NCBI GenBank assembly: GCA_052426225.1
Contig: JBNJNM010000015.1
Span: 682,001 to 746,000, forward strand
DNA: 64,000 nucleotides
Reading direction: 5' to 3'
DNA from: Zancudomyces culisetae HAW-14-8
Lineage: Eukaryota > Fungi > Kickxellomycota
In this document: positions 1 through 13,235 of the stretch, in pieces
Position numbering within the stretch: position 1 is the stretch's first letter
Layout: each line of letters begins with the position of its first letter
Translations under genes and position numbers: made by a program
The notes under the pieces: generated by a model
Seen by the model: only the letters and a program-made list of their open reading frames with translations
Databases searched by the model: none
What the model was told of the DNA's origin: nothing

Positions 1-507
1 AGCAAAAGGCAAAAAATATCAGCTCCACCCACTCAAGCCTCTTCTATCGCATTCCAATATCCCATCAGCAGCAGCAGCAATAACAACAGTAACAATACTG
101 GCAGCAATCATAGTAATAATATCCGCAATAACACTGCCAGTAGTATTGCGTCTTCTATGGCTGCACACTACGATATACAGTCTGGAAGAGGCGTGGTTGA
201 TTCTACATCGTCAACACCGCCCCTTATAAACTCTACCAATAGTTCTCGGCCCACAAAGTCGCGTGAGATTTTGTCAAAGGACGAAAAGCGTATAAACCAC
301 ATTGCGTCTGAACGTCGGCGTCGGGGTTTGATTAAGCAGAGTTTTTCGGAGCTAACTTCGATTGTTTACGATCCTAGTACGAGAAAGGTTGAGAACAGCA
401 GAAGAACCAAACCAAGCAAATCGACAATTATAATGTGTGCTGTTGAGTATATCAACAACATCAAATCAGAGATTGACATGCTAAAGTCAAAACTGGATTC
501 CATGTAA
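1..507 (+). CDS. bHLH transcription factor, Ino4/Mlx-like (5'-partial)
   Basis: The frame is open from base 1. C-terminal EKRINHIASERRRRGLIKQSFSEL...SKSTIIMCAVEYINNIK is a basic region plus HLH and a short zipper. Confidence 0.85.
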   Translation, partial: SKRQKISAPPTQASSIAFQYPISSSSNNNSNNTGSNHSNNIRNNTASSIASSMAAHYDIQSGRGVVDSTSSTPPLINSTNSSRPTKSREILSKDEKRINHIASERRRRGLIKQSFSELTSIVYDPSTRKVENSRRTKPSKSTIIMCAVEYINNIKSEIDMLKSKLDSM

Positions 508-2374
508 TATTCTACATTATCTTTTATCATTTATACCATCATGCTTTTTTTTCTCTTCCCGTTTTCCATTCATTTTTATTCAAGAAAGGGAAAAAGGGGG
601 GGAATGAAAGAAAACAAATTGTTACAAGTTAAGCTATCAACCAACTTTTAATAATACCTGCTTTAGTAGTGTTACATTGCTATTTGCTATTCTACTGATT
701 TTATTTCAAAACTCATTACATATTAGCATATGTATTAACTTATTTACAAGAAAATAAAACATTTTCATTTTAATTTGGCTCAGAGTTTTTTTATTTATTT
801 TTACCATTTCGATGCATATTGTTGCCTTTTGGGAATTAATGAATCTTTATTCTAAATTGATCATTATTCACACTTTATTCACACATGCATCCATTTCTCA
901 TTTAGGAATGGGTAAACCCTATTTATACAAAAAAAGAAAGAAAGAAAGACAAGTTTACTTTTGCAGGTGATATTTTCATAGCATTGATTTAAATGGTGGT
1001 GGTAAGTCGTTTTCCTAATAGTACCTTACTCCAAGGTTAATGTAGTTCTGCATTGGTTATTATTTGTATCTTTTGGTTTATTATTTTATCACATTGCTTT
1101 ATAGTGATATAGAGACACTAAATAGTATTCGACAAGTTTATTTTTACTAATAATACTTGGATTAAGGTATGCCAATTTACTTTTACATACCAACTAAACG
1201 AGAGTTATAAAAAGGGATAAAGATAATGATACAAGTAAGCTATCCTTTGTATTATAAAGATTTGATCATCAGGAGCGTGATGGATGATGAGTGATGGGCA
1301 AGGATTTGGAAAGAGGAAAGAGGAAAAGCTATTAAAACTAAATGCATAATCAACTCTTGGTAATATCTGAGGAAAAGAAAAATAAGTAAATAATGAAGAT
1401 ATTGGATGAATCCAACAGTCTGCAAGTAGAGCTGATGTGCGATGAGGTGAGGTGCGATGAGGTGCGATGAGATGAGAACATGTTACTTGGGAGTCCGAGA
1501 GTTTTCGAGTTTACGATGAATATAAAAAAATATATATTCTTACAAATCTAGTGTATTAAAGAACATAATGAGTGAAAGTTCAAAAAGAAAATAAAAGAGG
1601 CAAGAGAGGATATGATTGATAAACCGATTATAACTAATGATTATGATAATAATGGTGATGGATGAACACTATGAGTGAATGATTGAGTTTTTTTAGTATA
1701 TACTTTTTTTTTCTTTTTTTTTCTTCTTCAATTGAACTTGGGTGTTATTTCTATTTTGATTCTTGAAAATGTATAAAAATCGTTTATAAATAAATACAAA
1801 GAAAACGAAAAAAAAAAGTAATTGCCATTTTTTGATTAGGAAAACCAATTGAAATGTTACAAATGTTGAATATGTTTAAATTCCAAAAAATAAAATAAAA
1901 TAATATAATATAAAAAATTTAAAAGTGACAAAGCTAAAAAAGAAAAAGATATAGAGCCAGAATAATAAAGGTAGTGAAAGGTTTCTTTACATCAATACTA
2001 GAAATAAAGAAATAAAGAAAAAAGAGAGATAAAAGGTGTGTATGTTTTATTGAGAGTATGGGCAATTTATGTTTTTTATATGCTAATCCACCAAACCACA
2101 CCAAACCACACAACACCACAAAACACTACAAGTTTGGGCGGGATAGAAAAAATACCAAGTTTTAAATTCTGGTAGAGGCTGGCTTGTAACAAAAATAATA
2201 ATTCGGAAATTAAAAAAAAATAAAAAAATTGTTGTTATAGTGGTAAAAACCAACAATTGGAAACTTATAGTTGAATAAATTAGAGAATAAAAATGATTAG
2301 CTCACAATTTATTGTTTATTTTATTTTCCAACTTTTTAAAGAGCTCTTGTTGTTGTTGTTGTAAAGGCAAAAAA

Positions 2375-2430
2375 ATAAAATAAAATAAAATAAAATAAAA
2401 TAAAATAAAATAAAATAAAATAAAATAAAA
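2375..2430 (+). repeat. (TAAAA)n pentanucleotide microsatellite
   Basis: About 11 near-perfect tandem TAAAA units. Confidence 0.9.
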
Positions 2431-2839
2431 CATTTGAGAGCAAAATTATCACTAAAACCAATTCTAGTTCTAATTCTACTCTACTCTACTCCCACGCTCT
2501 TGCCTATCCCATACAAACTACTATTACTACACTGCTACAACCCACCAACAAACACTACAAATACTACTTCAATATATAAAAATAAAACATTTGGGAATAG
2601 TAATTGTTTTGCATAGGACCTAAAAAAAAAAGAGAAAAGATTTAGAGAGGAAAATATTGTGTAAACTAAGAGGAGGTAGGAAATAAGAAAAAAATACAAA
2701 AGTAACTCGTTCATTAGGAGGAAAAGAAAAGAAAAGAAAAGAAAAGAGAGATTGAAAAAGTATAACAGTTTTTTTTTTTTTACTATTTTCTAGGAACGTA
2801 AATATAAAAAGAATTGGAAATACAGGATAATATAATAAA

Positions 2840-5800
2840 ATGAGTTGGAAAAAGGACGAAGATGGAGGTAAGAATTTAAAAAGTATATAAAAAGACAAAT
2901 TAAATATATGGATGAATAGTAATTTAAGAGATAGAAAGAGGGGAGGGTATAGCAATAAAGATGTGGTTATAAACAATAGGAGAGTTGGGGGCGTTAATGA
3001 CGGTAGACCAATCAGCGGTATTACAGGAAGCAAGGATTTTTAACGAGACGCCATTGAAACCTAGACAATGTAGATTGTTGTTGGCCAAATTGATGTATAT
3101 ACTGCAAAGGGGAGATGTATTAAGCACTACAGAGGCGACAGAATTGTTTTTCAATATCACAAAGCTGTTCCAAAACAAAGATGTAAGTGGGAGAAATAAA
3201 CAAAGTAAAAGTAAGTACTAAAAAGAGGGGGCAATAATATGTAAAAATAGATGTCGTTGAGGCAGATGGTGTATTTGGCAATTAAGGAACTGTCAGAGAT
3301 ATCAGAAGATGTGATTATGGTAACAAGCTCGTTGATGAAGGATATCCAGCCAAAGTCGGAGGAAATGTACCGAGCCAAGGCGATAAGGGCACTGTGTAAA
3401 ATCACAGACGTGTCGATGCTGCCAGCGATAGAGAGGTTTTTGAAGGGAGCGATAGTGGATAAAAACCAGGTGATATCGTCAGCAGCATTGGTATCGGCGT
3501 ACCATTTACAATGGAAGGCAAGAGAGATAGTAAGACGATGGGGAGGAGAGGTACAGGAGGCGCTTTCACACAGTGGTGGGAGCGGGTCGTTTTTTGGAGG
3601 AAGTAGCGGAGCAGCGACAACAGGGTCAGGAATTGAACAGTACCATGCACTGGGATTGCAATATATGTTGAAACAACAGGACCGGATGGCGGTAGCAAAG
3701 ATGGTACAAGGGCTGAGTGGAATTGGAGGAGGAAGAAGTGGAGGATGGTTTGGAGGAGGAGGAGGAGGAGGAGCAGTGCTGAAAAACGGAATGGCACAGG
3801 TATTGATGGTGCGATATGCAGTTAAAGTGATGGGAGACGATACAGGAATGCAGCAAGGGTTGGAGGATTTGTTGGAGGATAATCTGCGTAGTCGGACAGA
3901 TATGGTGAGTTTGGAGGCGGCACGGGCAATATGCGAGTACGAGGGAGTGTCGAAGAAACGACTGTCGGCAGCAGTAAGCGTTTTGCAGGGCTTTTTGGGA
4001 TCAAACAAGACAGTTCTTCGGTTTGCAGCGATGCGGATACTGGACAGATTGGCGAGTAGACGGGCAGATGCAGCACAGGTGTGCAATGTGGATATTGAGG
4101 GACTGATCAGCGACAGCAGCAGACCAGTAGCAACCTTGGCAATTACAACGTTGTTGAAGACAGGAAACGAGGCGTCAGTGGACCGGTTGATGGGGCAGAT
4201 GCAGAGTTTTATGGCAGAAATCAGCGACGAGTTCCGGACAATAGTGGCAGAAGCAGTCAAGAATCTGAGTGTCAAGTTTCCACAGAAACATGCTGTGTTT
4301 TTGAGTTTCCTTGCTGGAGCGTTGCGTGATGAAGGAAGCCTTGAGTTCAAGCAGCGTATTGTTGACTCGATTATTGGGCTTGCACGACAGGTTGGTGAGT
4401 GTCGCGAAACAGCGTTGGCTCATTTGTGTGAGTTTATTGAAGACTGTGAGTTCAGCAAGCTGTCAGTTCAAGTGCTGCATTTCCTAGGCCAGGAAGGCCC
4501 AGCCACATCACAGCCAACCATATACATTCGTCATATCTACAACCGTGTTATTTTGGAAGATGCAGTTGTACGAGCTGCGGCAGTATCGTCGTTGGCTAAG
4601 TTTGGAGCAGCTCCTCAGGCCGAGGGCAAGCTGCGTACATCTATCCAAACACTCCTCAAACGCTGCTTGGATGACCGTGATGACGAAGTACGTGACAGAG
4701 CTGTGTGGGCTCTCAGCTTGATGCGTGATGAACGCAAACGTGTCAGGTACATTCGTGACGACTCAACATTTGCACTGGATCAGTTGGAAGCTAATTTGGC
4801 TGCTCATGCCTTTGATCCTGCCTATGCATCCAAGCGTATCGATTTGAGCGCAATCCCTCGCGTATCACGTGATGCTGAACTCGCTGCCAGAACACATATT
4901 GGCCTTTTGTCTTCTCCTTCAATCCCCATGTCACGTGAACAGAGTCTACAACTAGCTGACAGTCGAACTTCAACCCCTATGATCTCAACTACAACAACAG
5001 CAGGAGCGACAACAACAACAGCAGCAGTAGGAGCAGGAGCAGGGGCAGTATATTCAGCAGAGGCGAAAGAAAAGGCAGAACAAACCGCCCAAATGTTTAG
5101 TGAGTTTGGTCCTGTGCTTTCCTCTTCTACTTCTCCAACTGCCTTGACTGAATCCGAAACTGAATACACTGTTGCTTGCTACAAACATGTCTTTGCTCGC
5201 CACATTGTTTTCCAATTTGATTGTGTCAACACTCTCAACGAATGCATTTTGGAGCACGTTTATGTCGACATGACTACCGACGATGATATTGATTCTGTTC
5301 TTCGCCCACTCAATGCTGTTCCTATCGATTCTTTATCTTACAACTCTCCCAAATCCACCTATGTCGCCTTTGAGCTGCTTCTTCCCGATTCTCTGCTTGA
5401 CGGTTCCTGCCCTATTGCTTCTTTTGACTGTTTGTTGAAGTTTAAAGTTGTAGACTGCGATCCTTCTACTCTTGAAAAGCTTGATCCCGAAGATCCTGGC
5501 TTTGACGATGAGTATTTGCTTGAGTCTGTTGATTTGGCTGAAGCTGACTATTGCTGCCCTGACTACTTTTCTGACTGGAACGCCCTGTTCGATTCCTATC
5601 CCGAATCTCTCCAGTCCTTTGCTTTGCCTCACTTACACACCATCAATGCTTGTGTTCAGAACCTGATTGACCTGTTGGGTTTGTATTCTCTTGATCTTGC
5701 TTCCAACTCTCTTCCACTACCTGATTCTCTAAAGGCTCACCAGTCTTACTTTATGGGCTCTTTTATGCGTGGTTCAAAGGTTATAGTTAGGGCTAGAATG

Positions 5801-5899
5801 ACTCTTGATCCTCAATCTACCAATGGTGTTACTTTGGAATTGTCTGTTAGATCTGAGGATCCTTTACTATCCCAATTTATTATTGGTTCCATTGCTTAA
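2840..5899 (+). CDS. SEC21: Coatomer subunit gamma; exons 2840-2867, 2980-3182, 3251-5899
   Basis: Spliced N-terminus MSWKKDEDGGELGALMTVDQSAVLQEARIFNETP. Introns GTAAGA..TAG and GTAAGT..TAG keep the frame. Motifs LRQMVYLAIKEL, LCEFIEDCEF, YIRHIYNRVILE and LTESETEYTV are gamma-COP hallmarks. Confidence 0.96.
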
Positions 5900-6239
5900 A
5901 TCTTTTCTTTTTCTTTTTCTTTTTCTTTTATTCCTTTTATTTCTTTTTATTATTACTATTATTATTATTTACACTTTTATTCAAAAAAAAAAATATTTTT
6001 CATTTGTCAACCAAGTAAAAAAAATTAAAAAAAAGTACTCTAGTCGTGTTTTTTTATTTATTTATTTATTTATTTATTTAAATTCAACATAAACAAAAAT
6101 ATTGATAATTCTAAATCGGCTCTCCTCCAAACAACTACAACTACAACTACAACTACAGCTAAAGCTACAGCTACAGCACAAAAGGCTAGTTAAGAAAAAT
6201 CCACTTTTTTAATATAGATAATACGCGGACTTGGATAAA

Positions 6240-9200
6240 ATGGATAAAAAACAGGCGAATAACAATCATCTTGACAAACTAGTGCTCCAGTATTTGAAAA
6301 ACAAGGGATATAAAGAAGCCGAACGTGCGTTGCTAGAAGAATCCCATTTAACAACCTTGGGAATCGATCCCTATAATTCTTCTTCGACTTTAATTCCATC
6401 CCAAGATACCAATCCAGAATTACTTGGAAATACCAATACTAAAGAGAATGAAAATGAGAACGTGAATGCGAATGAGAATGCGAATGAAAACGCGAATGAG
6501 AATGATACTGGTACTGGTACTGGTACTGATATTGATATTGATATACAAACTGCATTGACAAATGAACTTGTAGAACTTTCGACCGAAGGTGTAATTTCAG
6601 ATAATCGACTTTTACTTTTAAGTTCATCGGTTTCCAACACAAAAACAACAACAGCAACAACAACAGCAACAACAACAACAACAAATAAAACAACAGCAAC
6701 AACAGCAACATCAACAAGGGAGGATAATGAAGAATCTGATGAGCAGGATATTGACAATTCTTCATTTTCGACACCAATATCAAGCTCCACGCCAATTATT
6801 GATGAAGCAAATGTGATTGCTTCGTTTGACAAGTTTTTCAATTGGGTAATCAACAGTCTTGAAGAATATAAACATCAATTGTTGGCTGTCTCTTTTGCAT
6901 TGTTTGTATATATCTATATCTTGTTGTCAAGACAAAAGAATCTTGTAAAAATAAAAGGTAAAGGAAAAGGAAAAGGAAAGGTAGAAAGGGAGCTACAACA
7001 AGAAAAGACAAGACAATTTTTGGAAAAATATATTGTATTTTATTCCAATTTGAATAATTACTATGCCCAAGAACTTGCTAGTTTATCTTCGATTTATAAC
7101 AATCAGGCATTTGAAAAATATCTTGGAAATACAAGTACCAAAGGTGGTATTGGTGGTATTGGTGATGGTGTTAGTAATAGATACATGTTGAAACTTAGTG
7201 GTAGTTGTATTCAATTGTTACTAAACTACTTTACCATGGATAATACCAGTAATGTCACTATTACCAATCATAATCATAATCATAACCAAAATTTGAATCA
7301 GAATCAGAATCAGAATCAGGGCGCTCTTGGTTTTACCAAAAAAAGTGAAGCTAGTGGTGGTATAGGAATTGTAGAAAATCTACAGGGACCTCCAATTTTA
7401 TTGGTTTTGTTAAATATGTACATTACTTTATTAAAAAGCACTGTATTTGAAGAAATTGGAATTGTTAATAGCGAAATATTCTTGCCATATTCATCTAAAA
7501 CTCAAACTACAACTACATCTACAACAAAAGATTATGAAAAAGAAAAAGATTTTGATAAAGAAAATACTAATGCTAGTGATAATACAAATGCTAGTGTTGT
7601 TGAGAATCAGTTAACTAATTTGAATTCTAAAAACTTACAATTAAAAATCTCGTATCAATATACAATCGATAATACTAATCTACCTGTAGTACCTCCTACT
7701 AGTACTACTGATGAAAAGCCTGATAGTTCTAGTGCAAGTACAACGAATACAAATACTGCTACAACTGCTACAACTACAACTACAACTACAACTACAACTA
7801 CTGATACTGCTACAACCACAACTACTACTACAGGAATGGGAACTGGGGTACCACCACCACCACCACCATCATCATCATCATCCTTGGCTACTGAAACATC
7901 TAATTCTGTTAGTACTTTTAGTACTGGTGAATTTGTGTTACCGATAACCGATACCACACAGCTTGATAGTATTTCAGACCAACAAATTCTTACTCCCGGC
8001 AGCAAACTCTCAATGGTTAGTAAAGTTCCATTGCCTCCACAAAAGCCTTCGGATAAACTTCGTATTTTGCACGACCTCAAGGATTTATACTCCAGTAAAC
8101 GTGCTATCCACGTTAGCAGTACAAATCCTCCTAGTATTTGTATGTTTACTTTACACAACACCATTTGCAGTACCAGTAATCCCAGTCCAAATTCCAATTT
8201 TAATACTATTGGTGGTGGTGGTGGTGGTAGTAGTGGTAGTGGTAATAGTGAAAGTACTTTAACATCTACTGCTATTTCTCGCGATTTCGATATTGTAGCT
8301 GCTGGATTTTCCGATTCTTATATTAAAATTTGGAATATTAACAACAACAACAACAACAACAATAGAGATAGAGATAGAGATATAGATAATGAAAATCAAC
8401 AAAATACCGATTCCAATCTTGATACTGATAACGAGTATCAAAAATATAAAAATAAAAAACTAGTTGCTCATAGTGGGCCTGTATATGGACTAGATATTGC
8501 TCATGATAATTCACTACTTGTATCCAGTAGTGCAGATACAACTGTACGATTATGGTCACTTTTCCCAAACTCTTCTTCCTCTTATTCCTCCTCCTCAACA
8601 ACAACAACAACAGCAACAACAACAACAACGTTTAAATCTAAATCTAAATCTAAATCTAAACCTTTAGATTTATGTGCAAATTTGGCAAGTTATCGAGGCC
8701 ACAATTATCCAGTATGGGATGTCAAATTCAGTCCATTTTCATACTACTTTGCTACTGCAAGCTATGACCGTACTGCTCGGCTGTACAGTGTAGAGCGAAT
8801 CAATCCTCTACGTCTTTTTGCTGGCCATTTGTCCGATGTAACGACGGTAGCCTTCCATCCAAATTGTAATTATTTGGCTACTGGTTCTGACGATACTTAT
8901 GTTCGACTCTGGGATATTTCGAGTGCAAGTTGTGTTCGTTTATTGTATCCACAACAATCCTCTTCCTCTTCCTCTTCTTCTTCCTCTTCTACTGCCAATA
9001 GTACTAATAGTGCCAGTGTTGGTAATAATAGAGGTCCTGTAACTTGTTGTAAATTCTCTCCAAATGGTAAATTATTAGCTGTTGCTTATTCTGCCGTTTC
9101 AATAACACCTGTTACAAATAAACCAAAATCAAAGTCTAAAACTCAAACTCACACCAAAACCAACCCTAATGATCAACAACAACAGCAACAAGAACAACAG

Positions 9201-9641
9201 CAACAACAGTCAACATCTCCTTCAAAATCAACAACAAAATCAACAACAAGAACCACGTTTCGTAACACAAACAATGCAATCATTGTATACGACCTATCAA
9301 CATCCAAACCACTCTTTACTTTTGCGTATGCCCACAATGCGCTTATTACTTCTTTGGATTTCAATAATGAGTCCACTGTTCTGCTATCTAGTTCCATAGA
9401 TAATACAATTAGAGCCTGGGATCTTGTACTGAACAACTCGCATAATTCCAACTCTAAAATTGGTGCTAGTAATGGTATTAATACTTCAACCACTGGTGGT
9501 GGTAGTGGTATACCTTCTTCTCCTTCTTCTTATAATCATTCTAGTCCCTTGTTTACTTGGTATACTAGAAACACTCCTGTTTATCACCTCAAGTTTTCCA
9601 CAAAGAATTTGTGTGCTGCTGTTGGTCCCTTCATACCTTAA
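6240..9641 (+). CDS. TAF5: TFIID/SAGA subunit TAF5 (LisH, NTD2, WD40) with large low-complexity insertions
   Basis: LisH-like LVLQYLKNKGYKEAE, PSICMFT, AGFSDSYIKIW, LVAHSGPVYG, YRGHNYPVWDVKFSP, LRLFAGHLSDVTTVAFHPNCNYLATGS. First in-frame ATG is at 6240. Confidence 0.92.
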   Translation: MDKKQANNNHLDKLVLQYLKNKGYKEAERALLEESHLTTLGIDPYNSSSTLIPSQDTNPELLGNTNTKENENENVNANENANENANENDTGTGTGTDIDIDIQTALTNELVELSTEGVISDNRLLLLSSSVSNTKTTTATTTATTTTTNKTTATTATSTREDNEESDEQDIDNSSFSTPISSSTPIIDEANVIASFDKFFNWVINSLEEYKHQLLAVSFALFVYIYILLSRQKNLVKIKGKGKGKGKVERELQQEKTRQFLEKYIVFYSNLNNYYAQELASLSSIYNNQAFEKYLGNTSTKGGIGGIGDGVSNRYMLKLSGSCIQLLLNYFTMDNTSNVTITNHNHNHNQNLNQNQNQNQGALGFTKKSEASGGIGIVENLQGPPILLVLLNMYITLLKSTVFEEIGIVNSEIFLPYSSKTQTTTTSTTKDYEKEKDFDKENTNASDNTNASVVENQLTNLNSKNLQLKISYQYTIDNTNLPVVPPTSTTDEKPDSSSASTTNTNTATTATTTTTTTTTTTDTATTTTTTTGMGTGVPPPPPPSSSSSLATETSNSVSTFSTGEFVLPITDTTQLDSISDQQILTPGSKLSMVSKVPLPPQKPSDKLRILHDLKDLYSSKRAIHVSSTNPPSICMFTLHNTICSTSNPSPNSNFNTIGGGGGGSSGSGNSESTLTSTAISRDFDIVAAGFSDSYIKIWNINNNNNNNNRDRDRDIDNENQQNTDSNLDTDNEYQKYKNKKLVAHSGPVYGLDIAHDNSLLVSSSADTTVRLWSLFPNSSSSYSSSSTTTTTATTTTTFKSKSKSKSKPLDLCANLASYRGHNYPVWDVKFSPFSYYFATASYDRTARLYSVERINPLRLFAGHLSDVTTVAFHPNCNYLATGSDDTYVRLWDISSASCVRLLYPQQSSSSSSSSSSSTANSTNSASVGNNRGPVTCCKFSPNGKLLAVAYSAVSITPVTNKPKSKSKTQTHTKTNPNDQQQQQQEQQQQQSTSPSKSTTKSTTRTTFRNTNNAIIVYDLSTSKPLFTFAYAHNALITSLDFNNESTVLLSSSIDNTIRAWDLVLNNSHNSNSKIGASNGINTSTTGGGSGIPSSPSSYNHSSPLFTWYTRNTPVYHLKFSTKNLCAAVGPFIP

Positions 9642-9929
9642 TAATAATTTATTATTATCCTTAAATTTTCATATTTATCTATCTATCTATATATATATCT
9701 ATATATTTGTTTGTTTTTGTACTTTTTTAGTAAATGATGTTTTTTTTTTTTGAACATGCTCTTTATTTTCTCTTTTTTCAAGTAAAATTATAATATATTA
9801 AATTGAATGGAATAAAATAAAATAAAAGGTAATATATAAATATACCTACCATCAACTAGTATTATAAAACAAGAAGAAAAAAATAGAAAAACGAATAGGG
9901 TAGTAATAATACTATAGATATATATATAT

Positions 9930-10550
9930 CTAGGCCTTTCTCGAGGGGGCGTAAATTGAAAAGATGCAATTTTCTTCAATTGGTCGATCTCTTTTCTCAC
10001 CCGCACCCAATGCAATAGTATCGGCACTGATCGAGCAAGTATCCATACGGGTACAAACCTTATATTCCACAAACAAGTCTTCTGGACCCACAGCATGGGT
10101 GGTGTGTTCGACTGAATCCATCTTAAAATATGGATACTCACAACCGTTTCCACTATTTGATTTGTAGGAAACACCACCATCATCACTACCACTACCACTA
10201 CCACTACCAACCGAAATTGATATGAATCTAGTATTCAATATTTCCACATTTGTTGTGGTTTTACCAGTTTCTGGCAACGTACAAATTGCCCGCAAGTACC
10301 GCTCACTAGGGATATTCTTGCCGTTCAGCAAATATTCATTGGCATATGGTACTCTGGCATACGCAACTATATCTTGGAATTTTTCAAACACTCCAAGATC
10401 GTCTATTGCCTCTTTGACATTTTCAAAACTCCTATACTGGGCACATCCATTAATATTCAATACTTCTTGATGAACACTTACGCTTTGTCCGTGTACATTA
10501 TTTGTGGCTTGTACAATTATTGCTATGATACTTGGGTTTATCCTTCTCAT
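9930..10550 (-). CDS. Small Cys-containing, probably secreted protein; paralog of 11393-11974
   Basis: Weak signal-like start MRRINPSIIAIIVQA. Shares GCxYPYF, EDxFxExKxCxRxxxCxIS and CxFSIYxPxRK with the neighbouring ORF. Confidence 0.75.
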   Translation of the reverse strand: MRRINPSIIAIIVQATNNVHGQSVSVHQEVLNINGCAQYRSFENVKEAIDDLGVFEKFQDIVAYARVPYANEYLLNGKNIPSERYLRAICTLPETGKTTTNVEILNTRFISISVGSGSGSGSDDGGVSYKSNSGNGCEYPYFKMDSVEHTTHAVGPEDLFVEYKVCTRMDTCSISADTIALGAGEKRDRPIEENCIFSIYAPSRKA

Positions 10551-11392
10551 TTTCTCTTTCTTTTGTTTTCTTTTTTTTTTCTTTTTATATTTCTTCCTTA
10601 GTTTGTTATTTTTACAGGATAGCACTTTATTACTCTGCCCTTTTTATTTTATTTTATTTTAGATTGTCTTTACTAGGATAACGTACTCCTTATATATAAA
10701 ACGTATCCTTTTCTTCCCCCCCCCCCCTTCCTCTCCTCTCCTCTCGTCTCTTTCTCCTCCCAAACATACTCTCTATATCACACTTGTTTCTTTTCAAGTA
10801 TATTTCGAAACAAGAAAAAAAACTAAAATTGGAAACGCCCCTTCACTCTTCACTCTTCACTCTTCCACCTTGTACTATACATTTAATATTCTCTATTAAT
10901 ACCTCATTTTACTTTTATTAAAAAAATATGTATATCTTGCAAGACTACTTATTGAAAAACTTCCTGATTATTATTGATACAGCTAGCACTTCATCTTTAG
11001 ATTAAATTCAAACCTGATGAATATTATTTATTAAATATATATTGGCTTTAGTCATTAAAAGCCAATATTTACAAGTTTCCAAATCTGGCTATTTATGCAT
11101 TTATAGCTATTATTATTATTATTATTATTAACTCCTAATAAACATCCCTGAAATAACTACAAAAAATAAAGTGTAAACTCGTACCTTTATTACAACTTTT
11201 ATATTTGGTATGAATTTATGTTAGTGAACACATATCAAAATATCACTTCTCTTTTTCTCCCACACTCTTCCTAATCATGTTGAAAAGCAAGTCAAATTGT
11301 TTGAAATACAATCCAAAAATAACCAATATAGCCAAAATGTTTAAATCACAGAAAAAAAACAAAAAAGCAAAAAAGCAAAAAACTAAGGGACT

Positions 11393-11974
11393 CTAGCTAC
11401 TATCAACTTTTCTGATAGGCGAGTATATTGAAAAGGTACACCCAGCTTCAAACGGCGTCTTTTTATGATTTTTTCCATCTGAGGCGACAAAGTTATAGCT
11501 TATCACGCAAGAATTACGCCTCAAACATGCTTTGCGCTCTATAAAATAATCCTCAGCAGCTGCCAGTTTCACAAACCGCCGATTTTCTGCCGTAAAGTAC
11601 GGATATGTACACCCAGTCTTATATGTTGATGGTGTAGAAATCCCGTCACCTGATGGTATACAATGCCTGGTACTGATAATAGTTTCGAGTGGTTCCTTAT
11701 CACAAACTTCTTTCAAGTAGTACTCTCTGACTATGGGGTACGGGTTTTCAAGCTCGTCAGCGTAGCCGATTTTGACATACCCCAGTATTTCGGGAAATCT
11801 GTTGAATATATTCAGCCCATTTATTGCACTCTCAACATCTGTCGGGTCCTCGTATACTTGACAGTTCTCTTCCAGTTGTGCAATTCTTACCACTTGCGTA
11901 ACTTGAGCGTATACTACGTATATATTGAATGTCAATAAAACCATCACGTTTACCAACTTCATCATCATCACCAT
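11393..11974 (-). CDS. Small Cys-containing secreted protein; paralog of 9930-10550
   Basis: Signal peptide MMMKLVNVMVLLTFNIYVVYA|Q and the same six-Cys framework as the neighbour. Confidence 0.78.
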   Translation of the reverse strand: MVMMMKLVNVMVLLTFNIYVVYAQVTQVVRIAQLEENCQVYEDPTDVESAINGLNIFNRFPEILGYVKIGYADELENPYPIVREYYLKEVCDKEPLETIISTRHCIPSGDGISTPSTYKTGCTYPYFTAENRRFVKLAAAEDYFIERKACLRRNSCVISYNFVASDGKNHKKTPFEAGCTFSIYSPIRKVDSS

Positions 11975-13235
11975 TTCTTTTTTTTTAAATTCGTTTATCA
12001 AGTAAAGTAAGTCTGTATAACATCCGAATTGTTTTTGGGCTTACTTTGGTAGCTATATATTTTATTCAGATTGCAAAAAAAAAAGTGATAAAAGGGTAAC
12101 TTTATTTTATAGAAAATAGTAGTGGGCTCATCAAATTCAAAAAGAAAGAATGGATAACAAAAAAAAGGACAACCTGGGTGCACAGTTGGTTAAAAACACA
12201 TTTATGGCAACCTGCAAAATTAAGTTGTCAGGTTTTATTTTGGTATTTTCAAGTACCTGTTTAGTTATACGAAAGTCTTGGGTTTTTGAATTTCAAAGAG
12301 CTAGTTTTCCTACAGGTCGCTTTGGAACTTAAAAAACTACAGTATGTTTTTGCTAAAAGGTTTTTCGTATGTTTCTGAATCGTACTTTATTATTATAGCA
12401 TTATCAAAACTGGTTATTAATAAAGTCGGGTAATAAAAAAATATAAAGTATTAAAGTACAAATATACTATTGGACTCATAAATAGCATCTATATATAACC
12501 ATATAACCATATAGCCAAATAAGCTAAATAAGCAAAATAAGAACTCAAAAGACAATACTGTAGTCCACTTTATGAAAGGCTCATTTTCTGTTCAAGTATC
12601 CGGCGTTACTGTTGAAAACTATTTTAAATACCCATTACCCAAATCTTGTTCATAGGTTTTTTCAAAGCAATTTGAGCTAATAAAACTACGCTTTATATCG
12701 GTTTATTACTTATTTTGTCTACACACTCGAAAAAAACATAGTTTGGGTCGTTTTTCGTGAAAATATGTTGGGGAAAGAATACATAGTATAAAAAAACTAA
12801 ACACTACTACTCCAGAGATATCCGTTTAGTTATATTTGCCATAATTTTTACATCAAAGTTGCATGTTTGTTTATTGCTCCGTTTTTTATAAATTATGCTT
12901 AAAGTTAACGCATCTTGGTACTAAACGTGTAACTACTCATACTAAAGACCCACTTTGCTACTACATCCCCTGGCATACTTTTTCATAGCAATAATTATAT
13001 ATTTTCAACATATGCCATCAAAACGGAAAAAGTATCCGCTTTCATCAGTTTCATCAGCTTCATTCTGAAAAGTATATAAAGGTCTTCCCCACTCACCCAT
13101 TTACCACTACCACCAGTACATTTAGTTTTGTTCCTAATTCTAAAATTCGCTTTCGTTAAAGAAACTCAACAGTTAAATACAAGGAATAAGAATAAACAGT
13201 GTGAAAAACCTTCTTGGAAATTTTTTTTATCAATA

